From the NCBI RefSeq assembly GCF_902459465.1, contig NW_022985708.1, positions 1 through 64,000 of the forward strand: a stretch of DNA of 64,000 bases, written 5' to 3'. The position numbers and the translations under genes were made by a program. Below are positions 37,201 to 47,579 of this stretch, piece after piece. The DNA comes from Asterias rubens. Taxonomy: Eukaryota. The notes beneath the pieces are model-generated. The model saw nothing but the letters and a program-made list of their open reading frames with translations. It ran no database searches and was not told where the DNA came from. The stretch's first letter is position 1, and each line of letters starts with the position of its first letter.

Positions 37201-39148
37201 TGCATGATGTGCAGTCCATTTTTACAGTGTAGACAGTGTATATTAATACATGTTTATTACATGTACATGTACTGGTACATACATTGTACAGCGAGAACAG
37301 TATAGCGAAGTCGTGAGTACGGTTGTTCTTTCAACCTTGTACGCGTGAGTAAAACAACAGCCTCGAACGGTTTGTAACTGAAAGCTTATGTGTTTCTTTA
37401 TATTTTCTTGGAAATCCAAGAAAAGCGCTTATGCAGGATGTGGGCGTTTCATTCTAAACATTGGCCCTTCACAGGCGCGATTGAGAATGACCTATTGACC
37501 TGAACTACAAGGCTGCATAATTACTGCTGCTATGCTAGCTAGCATGCAATCCATGACGACTGTGTTAAACATGTACATGTACGATGTACACATATGCACA
37601 CACTGTGTTATACCATGGTTATACGCTGTTTACATCGTGAACATCATGGCAGCTTCGACAGTGTCGGACCATGGTCGGACCGAGAAATAATTGGTAGTCT
37701 GAAATATGCCGCAGACAAACTCCAAATTGACGATTTCCATTCAGAACAGAAGACCATTCTTCAATGTTTTCTTCAAGGGCATGATGTTTTCGTTAATTTA
37801 CCAACTGGGTTTGGTAAATCGGCTATATTTCATTGTTTAATACAAGAACCATCTAAACACTATTGTTCCAAATTATGTAAATGGTAAACTGGTATGCTTC
37901 TTTAAACTGCTGTGTTACTATTTACTGAAAGTGAAACTTTGTAAAATTTGTTCACCCCGAGTCATCGTCATAGTCGTATTTTCTCAATTTTCTTTTCAAC
38001 TTAAATTGGTTGGTGCACCACCAGCCGCTGTACTAAGTGTAACGTTAGGCGTTGTCATAAGTTTGATTGAATTGATCTTTTAGTTGTTGTTCAACCACGC
38101 GGCCATCTTCTACTTTTTGTACCCTTCTCAAACACTTGTCACACACTTGATGTGACATGCAAGGGTCAGTCATTGATAAGTTGATGCTCAAAACAGAATC
38201 AAGCCTGCTGATTAACTGCCTGGAAGTTGTTTTATCTTGTTGGAAGCTCTTGTAGTTGTGCTGTGATGTACTGTTGCAAATTATACACCATTGATTTCCA
38301 GCAACTGCCCTTTTTACTGTGGTAGGGATTTCTCCCTGGCCCGCCATTGCGTTTTCCTTGCAACAGGCTACCACATGTGTGTTTAGTTTACGCTGTACAT
38401 AAATACTATGACCTAAGGAGCACGTGTGCAGTGTTTGCAAAACGTTGTGACTGACATCGCAGCGAGAGTTGCTAGGCCAACCAACAACCAATGAGAACGG
38501 GTTTTTAGTCAACATTAGCATAATGAGCTCTGCCCTAAATTTGGGCATTTACAAAACCATCAAGGCGTTGATTCTGTGAGTACCCTCACACGATCGAGCA
38601 CGCACACACTGACATGACTGATACTGCACACAGACACATGCACGGACGTAGCTAGCTGGTAGCTCGGGCGGGTAGCGTGGCGCAAATAAAATAAAAATTA
38701 AAACAATACAATACAAATTATAAAAAAACTACAACGCCTTGATCAAGGCTACAAAAAGACCGAGTTTTGAATGATTTGTAGCCGTTGCCAAAAATATTAT
38801 TGATGGGGAATAACCATGGAATAAAACATTAATTAACACGTTCATTTGCACACCGAATCCTACTTCGCAAATGGGTCACGATTCACATTGATTGCTCAAA
38901 GTATGAACCCGCTTTTAGTCGAAATGTTTTTGTTTCAACAATTCTTGAAGAAGACATAAATAAGGTGATAAGAACCTAACAAATGTTTTGTCTTTTTTTT
39001 TTATTTAGAGTGTTTTATGGACCGACTGGCACGATTACATGTTGCCACAGAAGAGAGGGCTTTGGAATCGATAAAGTTCAAGAAGTATATCACTGAGAAA
39101 ATTCAAGACATTAATAGATTGATTAGGAAACAAACAGTAAATGAGTAA
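7239..39148 (+). CDS. Coiled-coil + BEN-domain protein (5' exons outside window); last intron inflated to 29.3 kb by nested insertions
   Basis: Phase-compatible, stop-free exons 7239-7369, 8192-8498 (coiled coil), 9136-9248, 9503-9719 (SLFVKGLAVAVWGTGNLKDRSVEGK..PLSPQKVKAMK) and 39009-39148 (ECFMDRL..KYITEKIQDINR*). The last exon completes a BEN domain across a phase-1 junction. Confidence 0.75.
7602..7813. mobile_element. PIF/Harbinger-like MITE
   Basis: TIR GCCGTGTTC...GAACACGGC, inner GCATTGGAC/GTCCAGTGC match, TTA on both flanks. Confidence 0.6.
9950..11000. repeat. E2 left subterminal repeats (~70-80 bp degenerate units with GAAGTACCT/GGTAGCACCTGATG)
   Basis: Recurrent GTGAAGTACCTTAGGCGCCAAGGTAGCACCTGATGCACTATGAATACCGCGCTT units, clearest at 10280-10900. 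Confidence 0.8.
11146..11491 (+). repeat. 62-bp near-perfect tandem repeat, ~5.6 copies
   Basis: GGCTGAAGCACCTGAAGCAATATCCCGCCCTTTTTGATCACATGACAGGGTCTTACAATGTT at 11146, 11208, 11270, 11332 and 11394, partial at 11456. Carries the E2 subterminal GAAGCACCTGA motif. Confidence 0.95.
13061..13164. repeat. ~104-bp near-perfect palindrome (hairpin MITE-like)
   Basis: GTAGTGGTGAG..GACCAACATAA-G-TTATGTTGGTC..CTCACCACTAC, with TTA on both flanks. Confidence 0.7.
13255..13480 (+). mobile_element. tRNA-derived SINE copy
   Basis: GCCTTTCACCTCTG..GGGTTCGAATCCC (B-box) and an A-rich AAATAAATAAATAA tail at ~13460-13480. A degenerate relative lies at ~56580-56700. Confidence 0.5.
13902..20875 (+). CDS. 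SET-domain (SET8/KMT5A-like) - repeat linker - Zn-finger - tyrosine recombinase - Myb/SANT-like fusion protein, 1432 aa
   Basis: Exons 13902-14010, 14151-14295, 14763-14952, 15998-19529, 19835-19909 and 20628-20875, all GT-AG, total 4299 nt with no internal stop. SET motifs: GYGLF, EYRGE, IDAS..LARYIND, EEIRYDYG..WR. YR motifs: NRKRPGE (~18932), GKR, RATRLRKH (~19283), LGHD (~19370), FYR (Tyr ~19403). C-terminus: KKQWTLAEK..RSWRNVKDFVRN. Confidence 0.85.
15242..15875. mobile_element. Foldback MITE (~640 bp, ~200-bp TIRs) in intron 3 of the SET-YR gene
   Basis: 15242-15444 is a near-perfect reverse complement of 15675-15875, with TTAA adjacent to both ends. It explains the mirror-image ORFs in the track. 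Confidence 0.8.
16031..17030 (+). repeat. 87-bp (29-aa) coding tandem repeat, 11 full copies plus a partial
   Basis: Unit DEASCDPGIPSNSSRDGGSVDPAAGGFVV, starting at 16031, 16118 ... 16988. A further 51-bp duplication (ESDVEDSGSDFVPVSAD) lies at ~17408-17510. Confidence 0.97.
20918..23270 (+). repeat. ~757-760 bp tandem triplication 3' of SET-YR, plus a diverged copy of the last exon
   Basis: GCACGTAT(A/T)CAGCATATTAAG at 20918, 21675 and 22435. 23088-23198 reads MKAEPHMFTNRSWRNVKDFIRNQDRKKNPFSFLKNL*. Confidence 0.9.
24030..26625 (+). repeat. Two-monomer satellite (50-bp A and 58-bp B units; AB higher-order 108 bp) with core CCACCGTGGACATCTT
   Basis: Roughly 45-50 cores. A continues GGTTATTATTGTCCCCCTTTGTACTCTTATTATA; B continues GTGTATTATTTCCCTTTACCTCCTGGTAAGCGTGGTACTAAT. 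A-only runs dominate ~25350-26000. Confidence 0.95.
27152..34757 (+). CDS. SAM-domain / SAMD3-like accessory protein (ORF2) of element E2, spliced
   Basis: SAM domain across exons 27152-27266 and 28073-28191 (EFLRTLSIPEDVVDKFESEGICGEVL..ELAPRIGPRRIL). Further exons: 31009-31062, ~31220-31489, 31781-31990, 32638-32820, 33453-33560, 34091-34180 and 34434-34757 (YYILDFEYP..FIQHYL). The join from exon 2 to the exons after 30.7 kb is not fully resolved. Confidence 0.7.
28226..30724 (+). pseudogene. CMC/EnSpm-type DDE transposase (~832 codons) with one in-frame nonsense codon
   Basis: ORFs 28226-28660 and 28766-30724 are in the same frame. TAA at 28658-28660 is followed by sense VGVNT..PFTGLETRAKQDKYF. 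Two N-terminal C2H2-like fingers, then YNDDIEIVNP, GDTPA, CRSC, HDVMHIFFEG, PKMHY, WAMRMEAKH. Confidence 0.85.
32430..32610 (+). mobile_element. Degenerate tRNA-derived SINE (related copy ~55090-55290)
   Basis: GCTCTAGAA..GGTTGTGGGTTCGTATCTC..CCCGATGCAAG. The 55.1-kb copy shares TTCTAGAA..TTCAAATCC..CCCTGATGCAAG. Confidence 0.4.
36540..37200. repeat. E2 right subterminal repeats (~130-150 bp units with GTGCTAGTCA microrepeats)
   Basis: Three to four copies of CACCTCAAGTGTTCATGATT..GGACAAAAGTGGTGCTAGTC..CACCTGAGG..CATGAGGC. Confidence 0.85.
37670..37850 (+). pseudogene. RecQ-like SF2 helicase N-terminal fragment
   Basis: LKYAADKLQIDDFHSEQKTILQCFLQGHDVFVNLPTGFGKSAIF: Q-motif plus Walker A (LPTGxGKS). 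The rest of the helicase is absent. Confidence 0.7.
38045..38347 (-). pseudogene. Truncated ZAD-like Zn-finger ORF, probable N-terminus of an AcademH-like transposase
   Basis: MAGQGE..CIICNS..RLDSVLSINL..SHQVCDKCLRRV; converges on the RecQ fragment. Confidence 0.45.
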
Positions 39149-39842
39149 ACCCGTTCTTTTAAAGGGAACATATATGGATACCTTTGGTTTTTGGAACCTT
39201 TGGATTGTTTGAATCCTATCTAAATGTAGGGATGAGATGGGTCTACATGTACAAATGTACTGTTTGTTTTATAATCAATCTGTTGATATCTTGAATCCTA
39301 TGTAAGTGTAGAAATATAAGGCCTACATCAAAACTAACCGGTGAAAATTGTATTTGAAAAGGTTGTAGCGTTTTTGAGATAGATCACCAAAAATCCGGAG
39401 CGGTTATGTCCACACAGGAAGATTAAAGTGTGTGCACAACATTGGTAAGGTTGAAAAATAAAAGTTCACAGATTTGCACATAACTTACATGGTATAAAAA
39501 TGGTCATGGTGGAAATTTTCCATTGAAATAGTTTTGCTTGAAATGTCATAGCTTTTAGAAAATGAGTAAAACAAACTGTCTTTATCCTGCAGGATAAAAT
39601 CTTACCTTGGAAAAAGGTTAAAACACATAATGGGGTTTTTCACTGTTTTCTCATGAATCTGAAGACCAATATTTAGCTTAAACTTTCACAGGTTTGTTAT
39701 TTCACGTATATGTTGGTCACATCAAGTGTGGATTTTAGTCTTTGACAATTACCAATGTTGTAGGCACCATTTAACCAGTGTTGTAGTCAAGTCCTTTTCA
39801 AGTTCTTTCCGAGGCCAATGCAAATAATGAAACGGCCAAATT

Positions 39843-40375
39843 AGTTCACGTCTTGTACTTTTTCGCAAAATTACTCAAGAATACTTGCCATTGTTTAACT
39901 TTTCAAATGTTTAATTGTACAGTTAGAATCAAGTCGTGAGCAAGAAGACTGTGATGTCCCAACACACTTACTTTCACTAAGGAACAGCAGATAGGGTGTT
40001 TGTTGAGACGGAAGTACTGTAAGTACACAAAATTAAGCAAAAGGAGTCGGGCTCGATCAAATTCAAGGTTTTTGCCTAATTTTGCGAGAAGTTTGGTATT
40101 TACAGCAGACTTGTTTTTCCAAACACAGTCAAACTGCTGTTCCTTATTGAAAAAAAAAGTGCTTGGACCTTAGTCTTGTTACACAAGACTTGATTCCAAC
40201 TGTATCACCTTTATATACACACAGCCTAAAAAGTTCATGTCTTGTACTTTTTCACATAATTTCTTAAGAATACTTGCCATTGTTTAACTTTTCAAATGTT
40301 TAATTGTACAGTTAGAATCAAGTCGTGAGCAAGAAGACTGTGATGTCCCAACACATTTACATTCACTAAGGAACA
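39843..40375 (+). repeat. 144-bp direct repeat pair (39843-39986 and 40232-40375)
   Basis: Near-identical AGTTCA..GAATACTTGCCATTGTTTAAC..CACTAAGGAACA. The second copy runs directly into the GGGATCCC satellite. Confidence 0.85.
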
Positions 40376-40724
40376 ATGGGATCCCATTCAGCGGGGTCCA
40401 ATGGGATCCCATTCAGTGGGGTTCAATGGAATCCCATTAGACCGTGGGCTGAGGGCCAAATTTTTTTTTTTTTGTAGTCCACCTCACGAATCTACTTTTG
40501 CTTGTGCTTAAAAAATCGTAAAAACACCACTGATTATGAATATGAAATTCGCCAAGCCGAAAAACTGCACATGAAAAAGATATTAATTAATTAAGTTGGG
40601 AAAAATCGGAAACTAATAAAGCCATGATTATTTTGATTATCCAATCACGGCGCCTCTTTCATGAGCTATCGCGATGCGTTGACCAATGAGGAGGCGCGTT
40701 TCACGGTGAAGCACCACAACAACA

Positions 40725-43700
40725 ATGGCGTCTTCATCAGACATGGCGGACACATCGGAAGGAGAGGAAAGTGGCGATGAAGGTTCTATTTATTGTTGTA
40801 TGCATACTTGTGATAAAAAATCTAAGCTAGTGAAGTTGACAGACAAAAGCTACGCTAAATTTAGGGACTGCAGCCTGCGATGGCGTGAATTAAACTGTCC
40901 CAAAAGTTTAATTGCTGCCACGTTTTTGGAGAACGACCACGACGACCGTGATGATGATGATCGCAACCCTCCTCCATCCGGTTCCGGTGATACTTCACGC
41001 GGTTCAACGCGAGGACGACCTAGAGGAGGAAGAGTAAGGTAAACATGGAATCGAGCGATATTTTTGTGTGTGTAATTTAATATTTAATGCATGTAAAACA
41101 TTTTTATGACTGAGTCACCAAAGACTGACTTTCGAGTTCGACTGTCACTAGTCAGTTTCATTCATTATCGATCGTGCAGCAGCACTGCATACCGTCGTCC
41201 GTGCAGACAGTTTTTTGTTCCCTTTGGATTTTACTATAGTCACAAGGCCTTCCTATTTTAGTCCGATTTTTTTGTCCTTGGACAAATCTGAAACAAATGT
41301 GATTCAATAGCTTAGAAATATATCTGGCCTACACCATGTATGTGAATGTATACTGTCAAGTGTCGTGTAGTCTGTAATGTAGCTCTGTAGTAAGTCACAA
41401 TCTCACTGTACTTGAAAAAAAAAATCATTTGGCCTGCATTCAGAATCCCTTGCCCTTCCTTGTTTTGTTGAATTTTGAAACCGGTTTTACCTGCCAAATA
41501 TGTCTGACACTTAGATTTTTTTAAATTAATTAATTTGTGTGCTGTCTTAATAAACAGTCTCAAGGTTATAATATATGCATCCACTTTTTGAATGGGCAGA
41601 TTCGACTCGACACAAAAACTTCAACGCACTTTTCAGATGTGTATGTGAAGTTCTAGCGTCACTCGCAGAATGATTGTCTTTTTGAAAAAAAAAATCTGCC
41701 CCTTGAACAAGTGTACATTTTATAACCATGAAAGTGCTTATTTGTTGTCCTTTTTTCTGGAGCTGGACTCATAATTACAAATTTTCAAAGAAATTGTCCT
41801 ACTTGATACAGATATTAGTCATAATGTCACATTATACAAAGGTTTTAACATAAAAAGGCTTGCAGCAGTGACTAACTATTGGCATTTTTTGTTCCTCTTT
41901 TTTAAAAATAGAAGGCGAAGTGGTCAGCCGGGCTATCACTTGGAATGTTACCGCCACTATTGTAACACAACAAAGATTAAGCGGGCAGAGGAAAGACAGA
42001 AAAAGAATCAGCTGGAGGAAATTAAAGAAGGTAAACTACCAAATATGCATTTAAGTACATTAACATAGGTATACATTTCTTTTGTCTAGTGTAAGGAATT
42101 TTTGAATCAAGTTACACATTTTTGTATAGAGCAGATCCTTCACCCACTCATTTTTCCCAAGGAGACAAGTGACCAAAGGAAACAAAAAAATCAAAATTTA
42201 ATGACAAAATGAAAGAAATTGTGAACTGTACATGTGTACATGATCATTGAAATAGTTGTTAATGTTTTCATCCACAGAAAGTGAACTTGGTGAGAATCAA
42301 GACAGCCAAGATCATCTACCAACAAAGCGGTTGCTGCGATCAGGGTCAGAGCAAACACAGGTCATTCCAACTCCAGGCCGGTCACATGTTCTCCCAATAC
42401 AGTGCATCATTTGCCGAGAGACAAAATACACCAGGGAAAAAGCTTCGCAGAAGAGAAAGAGAGAGCGATTGGTTCAATGCGAGACAAATCAGGGAGGGCA
42501 GTTAGTCAAAGCTGCCAAAATTCGACAAGATGAACAGCTGTTGTTGCAAATCCAAGACCGGGATCTTGTAGCCATTGAAGCCCGGTATCATAAAAGCTGT
42601 TATCTTAAATACACAAAGATTGTTCGTCTAAACAGTTCAAATGATCAAAGTGAAACTCCACAAAAAGATTTTGAAATTTCATTCCAAAAGTTCAGTCAAG
42701 CTGTATTGAAAGAAAAAATCATCGAAGGTAAAGAAATCTGGCGTCTCACAAAACTAACCAAGGCATTTGTTAAGATTGTTAAAGAAGTTGAGGGAATAGA
42801 TGCAGAAGGATATAAAACTCATAACTTGAAGAATAGGATCAAAAAGGCACACCCTATTATTTGTTTTTCTAGACCCTCACGTTTCTTTGAAAGTGATATT
42901 GTATTTGCAGGTAGTTTAGATGTTATGGATGTTGTTGAGGAAGCAGTTCATGAGTCTTCCACCAGTGAGAGTGAGAGTACAAGTAGTGGAGATTTCACAC
43001 CTGAGAAGACAGCTAACTATCCTGGGGAGATTAGAGAGCTTTATTTGGCAGCACAGAATCTCAAAAATTTGATGGAGAACTCAACGACTACTGGTCCCTG
43101 GCCTCCAACTGCAGCTGATCTGACTATTGATAAAATCCACGAGATTGTCCCCTATCAACTCTTCAACTTTTTAGCATGGAGCACCGGCTGCAGCAGTGTC
43201 CCAATAAGTTCAGGTAGGATTGCAGTAGCAGAAGAAGATGAGCTTCGAGTGTTGTCTATCGCTCAAGATATAATGTATCTTAAGGCAAAGGGAAGGACTC
43301 TGATGCCAAAACATACCGCCCTTGCCATGGCAGTGAGGCATTTTACCGGGTCTGCTAAGTTGATCGGTCTTCTTAATGGTTTAGGTCATTGTGTTTCAAA
43401 TTCAGTTGTGCTGGGCCATGACACTGCACTTGCTAAACGGCAGCTTGCCATGAGTGATGTTCTACTCCCACCAGGGACGCAGCCAATTTTCAGCACTCTA
43501 GTGTGGGACAACAACGACTTCGATGAAGAAACTATTTCGGGCAAGGGTACTACCCATAACACAAATGGAATCATCATCCAACGCCCAACATCATCCTCAG
43601 TTAATCAATCACCTGCAGAAAAGTATGTCCCTAAATCCAATGCAAGGTCATTTCAACCACTCCCAACTGAGATCAAGCCATATCTTGGATTAAAGAAGAA

Positions 43701-46700
43701 GGGACCTCGGCCATTTGGGAAGGATGTTCTTCTAGGAGAAGAGAATCATTTACAAGCCCAAGAGAATCCTCGAAAATTGGATCTAGCTTATGTTTTAATG
43801 AAGCTGGCAGGAGTATCAGAAGAGTTTTTTGCAGGATGGACAGGATTCAACACGACTCTTAATTGTTCCAACGTTCCATGGATGTCAAAGGTAGGATACC
43901 TTCCCATTATTGATGCTAGCCCGACTGAGTATGATACCGTTTTCACCATTTTGGATAGAAGTGTTGAAATAGCAAGTAGTCTTGACCAGGAGAAAATAGT
44001 TGTTGTTTTTGATCAAGCTATTTATGCTAAAGCACAGCAGATAAGATGGAGGAATGATGAATTTATGAATAAAGTTGTTATTCGACTTGGAGCGTTCCAC
44101 ACTGCCATGTCATTGTTGGCATGTATTGGAAAGAGATTTCGAGACGCGGGCTTAGAGGATATAATGATTGAGTCTGGTATTGTCGCTCAAGGTTCCATCA
44201 ATGGTGTGATGAATGGACACCACTACAACCGCAGCATGAGATCTCATAAATGTGTGATGGAGGCATTGCAACGGCTGCGATGGCAGGTGTTCTTAAACAC
44301 TCTTCCTGATGAAGAGAAAGATTCAGTACTTGGGGTACTGGTAATACTTCAGAGTTCATTTCCAAGTGCAGCATTCCAGGAGCACGTTCAGTCTGAACGA
44401 TTTGCAGATGTACTTAAGTCTTACAGTCAGTTCATATCTACTCATTCCAATGATCCAACATTTGCTGTTTGGTCATCATACATTGAGATGGTAGAACTTC
44501 TTCTTCTTTTTGTAAGAGCCACTCGAGAGGGTAACTGGGATCTTCATCTTTCAAGCATTCGAAGTTTGTTGCCGTGGTTCTTTGCATATGATCGCACAAA
44601 TTACTCAAGGTACCTGCCTGCTTATTGGCTCGAGATGTGTGAGCTACCGGTTCGTCATCCATTAGTTCATGATGCATTCATGATTGGCGAGTTTGCAGTT
44701 CAACGACAGCAAGAACATGGTTTTTCTCAAGTGGCTTGTGACCAGGCAATCGAACAAACCTGCAATCGGGACACCAAGACGAAGGGGGGAATGATAGGTT
44801 TTACAACGCGTAAGGGTGCAGTTCAAAGATGGATACTATCACAGCATGAGCGATCTGCAATTTCAAAGCGGTGTGAGGAGATGGCAGGGCAAGGTGAGAA
44901 AACCAGAAGAAGAAAAGATCTTGACAAAACACGGATAAAGAAGGATGAAGAAGATGTGCGTTCTGTAATCAGTTGTATTGAAGCAAGGATAAATCCCTTT
45001 GAAGAGTCTAATGAGCGTTTGCTCCATATTTCGTCAGGCGTGGTAGCTTCCAAAGAGGTCAATAAGGACTACCTTGAAGCAAGAGAAAGAGGAGATGCTT
45101 CTTTTGTTGTCTTTTGCAAAGACAGGTTGCATGTAAGTGATGTTGATATGTTTGCTACCCTCAAGAAACAAAAGCTAAAAACATTCAGTTCCATGAACAA
45201 AATGACAACTTCAAAAGTGAAGGGGAAGGAAGTAACACTTAAGGCAGACAGAACGCTTTTTCAGCGGCTTCTCATTATTGCCAGCGTAAGGAAATTAGAC
45301 ATCCCCAAAATGTTAACATACAACCTCGGACCATTGCCTTTATCACTTGCAACTTTCAATGGGTGTCTTAATAAGACAACAAAGGCCAGTCTTATGCATT
45401 ATATTGAATCTATTGTCGACCCCTCCCCAGTCATGGATAGTGTCCCAAAGGGTAGTGTTTGGCTAGTGGATGGAATGGCTATGCTTCAAGAACTTCCACA
45501 GAGAAGTATTCCAAGTACATTTGGTTTGCTGGCAGATCATCTCCTGAGACAACTTGTAAATTTGGCCAGAGGTGTGCACAGTGATGCTGTTCACTTTGTG
45601 GTTGACATGTATCCCAAAATCAGCATCAAGAATGCAGAGAGAGGAAAACGAGCTGCAAGTGGAAGTCAGGTCACCAAAATCTATGGCGAAGACCAGAAAG
45701 TTCCTCATCAGTGGAAGAAATTCCTTTCATGTAGTGATAACAAAGTGGCGCTTCAGAATTTCTTGTTTGAAGCATGGAGTAAACGACCTGCGAAATCGCT
45801 GCATAAAGTCACAGTTTTCGCTGCTCATGGTTGTCATTGCCATTCACTGAAAGATGTGGCGGGTGAAATGGTGGTTGAAAATATTGCAGATTTGGAGTGC
45901 AACCATGAGGAGGCTGATACTCGACTCTTTCTTCATGCAAAGCATGCAGCTTTGTATCAAACATCCTCCAACACAACAACAGCTCATGTTATAGTCAAGA
46001 GTCCTGACACAGACGTATTTGTCATAGGTGTTTGTAAAGCCAACAGAATTGGAACGACTTTGCTTCTTCATACAGGACGAGGAAACAACAAACGAGTCCT
46101 TAACCTTACCAATGTGCACAATTATCTTGGAGCAGAAGTTAGTGATGCCTTGATTGGACTTCACTGCTTTACAGGGTGTGATTCGGTTAGTGCATTTTAC
46201 GGGAAGGGAAAGAGTAAGGCGATAAAATTGATGATGGGCGATAGTGATGTTCAGAAAGTTTTCAAGCAGATTGGTTCGTCTTTCGAAGTTAGTGAAGAAG
46301 TCATCAAAGCCATTGAGAGATTTGTTTGCAAATTATATGATCAAGACTGTTCCTTGGTTAATATGGCAAGATACAACATGTTTTTGATGGTTACAAAAAC
46401 AGAGGCTGCCATGCCACCTACAAGTGATTCACTGCAGCAACATATTTTCAGAGCAAACTATCAGGCTGCTATCCACACTAGGTGTTTTGAACAAGTTCAG
46501 GACATCCCTAGTCCACATGGTCATGGCTGGAAGATTGTCAATGACATGGATCTTGATATATTATGGGGAGATCTCCCACCAGCTCCAGATAGTGTTCTTG
46601 AACTGTCCAATTGTAGGTGTAAAAAAACCAAATGTAAGGCACCACTAGCCAGCCTCAAGGGCAAGTGTTCTTGTCGTCAAAACAATGTTCCATGCACAGA

Positions 46701-46785
46701 TTTATGCACTTGTATAGGTTGTGAAAATTCTCTTTCAACTGAAAACTCAGATGATGAGGAGATTGACTCCGATGAAGATTGTTGA
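40725..46785 (+). CDS. Academ transposase: DDE core + XPG/FEN-like nuclease + Cys-rich tail, 1646 aa
   Basis: Exons 40725-41038, 41912-42030 and 42278-46785, 4941 nt in frame. DDE-like motifs VWDNND, VFDQAIY, RLGAFH, DQAIEQT. PIN/XPG-like motifs DGMAML, HEEADTR, SPDTDV and H3TH-like FTGCDSVSAFYGKGK. C-terminal CRCKKTKC..CSC..CTDLCTC. Confidence 0.9.
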
Positions 46786-47396
46786 TGTTTACTAAGTGTA
46801 ACTACTGGTACCTTAACTGTGATCCTTTGTATGACCATTTCTTGTTGAATTACTTATTTGTGCTGCACAATTGATATGTACATAACTTTCTTGGATAATT
46901 GTTGTGAGAACTATACTGACGAACTATTAATTACATGAAAATGTATACTAAATATAATAATAGTTTAATCTGCAAAATCAAACAGGCTTTTGAATTTTAG
47001 AAGAAAAAAAATTCCTTTGGATAACGAATACATTTTCAAAAGCCATTGTATATTGAAAGTCATTTCATCATTTATTTGTACAGTTTTTCAATAACTAACC
47101 CTTTATGACTACGATTCTGCCTGTTAAAATAAATTAAAATTAAGGTTTATGCATTTTCCTACAAAAGGGAGTGGAAATATCTGAAATGCCAAACTCTTAT
47201 GTTTTAGTTAACAGATCACACTGAGGAAAGAAAGAAACCGACCATTGACATCTGTTGCTTTATCTCAACGATTTATTTATGTATTTTTGTTGTTGAATGA
47301 AATGGAATTTTGTATTTTACTTACTTTGCTGTGAAACGACATATTGAAGTTGATAAGATATTTCATATGATTATTGAACACACTATTGAACAAGTA

Positions 47397-47579
47397 CAGG
47401 GCCCAATTTCATAGAGCTGCATAAGAAGAAAATATTGCTTAACAGTTTCCTGCTTAGAAAATGAGAAGGATACAGCCACAAATTGTACATGTAACATGGT
47501 ATTTTAGCTGGTAACCTTACCCTGGTTAGCATTCTTCGTTTTATGCTTAGCTATTTCAGCTCTGTGAAATTGGGTCCTG
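47397..47579. mobile_element. Small MITE inside the AcademX 3' region
   Basis: CAGGGCCCAATTTCATAGAGCTG ... CAGCTCTGTGAAATTGGGTCCTG inverted ends. Confidence 0.6.

Larger units (their letters stand above)
9933..37229 (+). mobile_element. CACTA/EnSpm-type element E2 (27.3 kb; ~12 kb without the nested Crypton-like insert)
   Basis: CACTGTAAAAAGTGG at 9933 and CCATTTTTACAGTG at 37229, with TA on both flanks. Both ends carry CACCT(C/G)A/AGGTG-rich subterminal repeats. Encodes a transposase and a SAM-domain accessory gene. Confidence 0.85.
9857..38751. mobile_element. Internally deleted AcademH-like element (~1.6 kb without the nested CACTA element)
   Basis: TAGCCTTGAT(T)CAAG at 9857 and CTTGATCAAGGCTA ending at 38751 (TAG...CTA termini). 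Retains a RecQ-helicase 5' fragment (+) and a CxxC..CxxC 5' fragment (-). The candidate 9-bp TSD is only 6/9 identical (caaaacgta vs caaaaagac). Confidence 0.55.

Noticed and set aside
40438-40490. ACCGTGG/GTCCAC shared between the AcademX TIR and the Crypton-like satellite core
   Set aside because: A 6-7 bp match between unrelated transposase systems is most likely chance.
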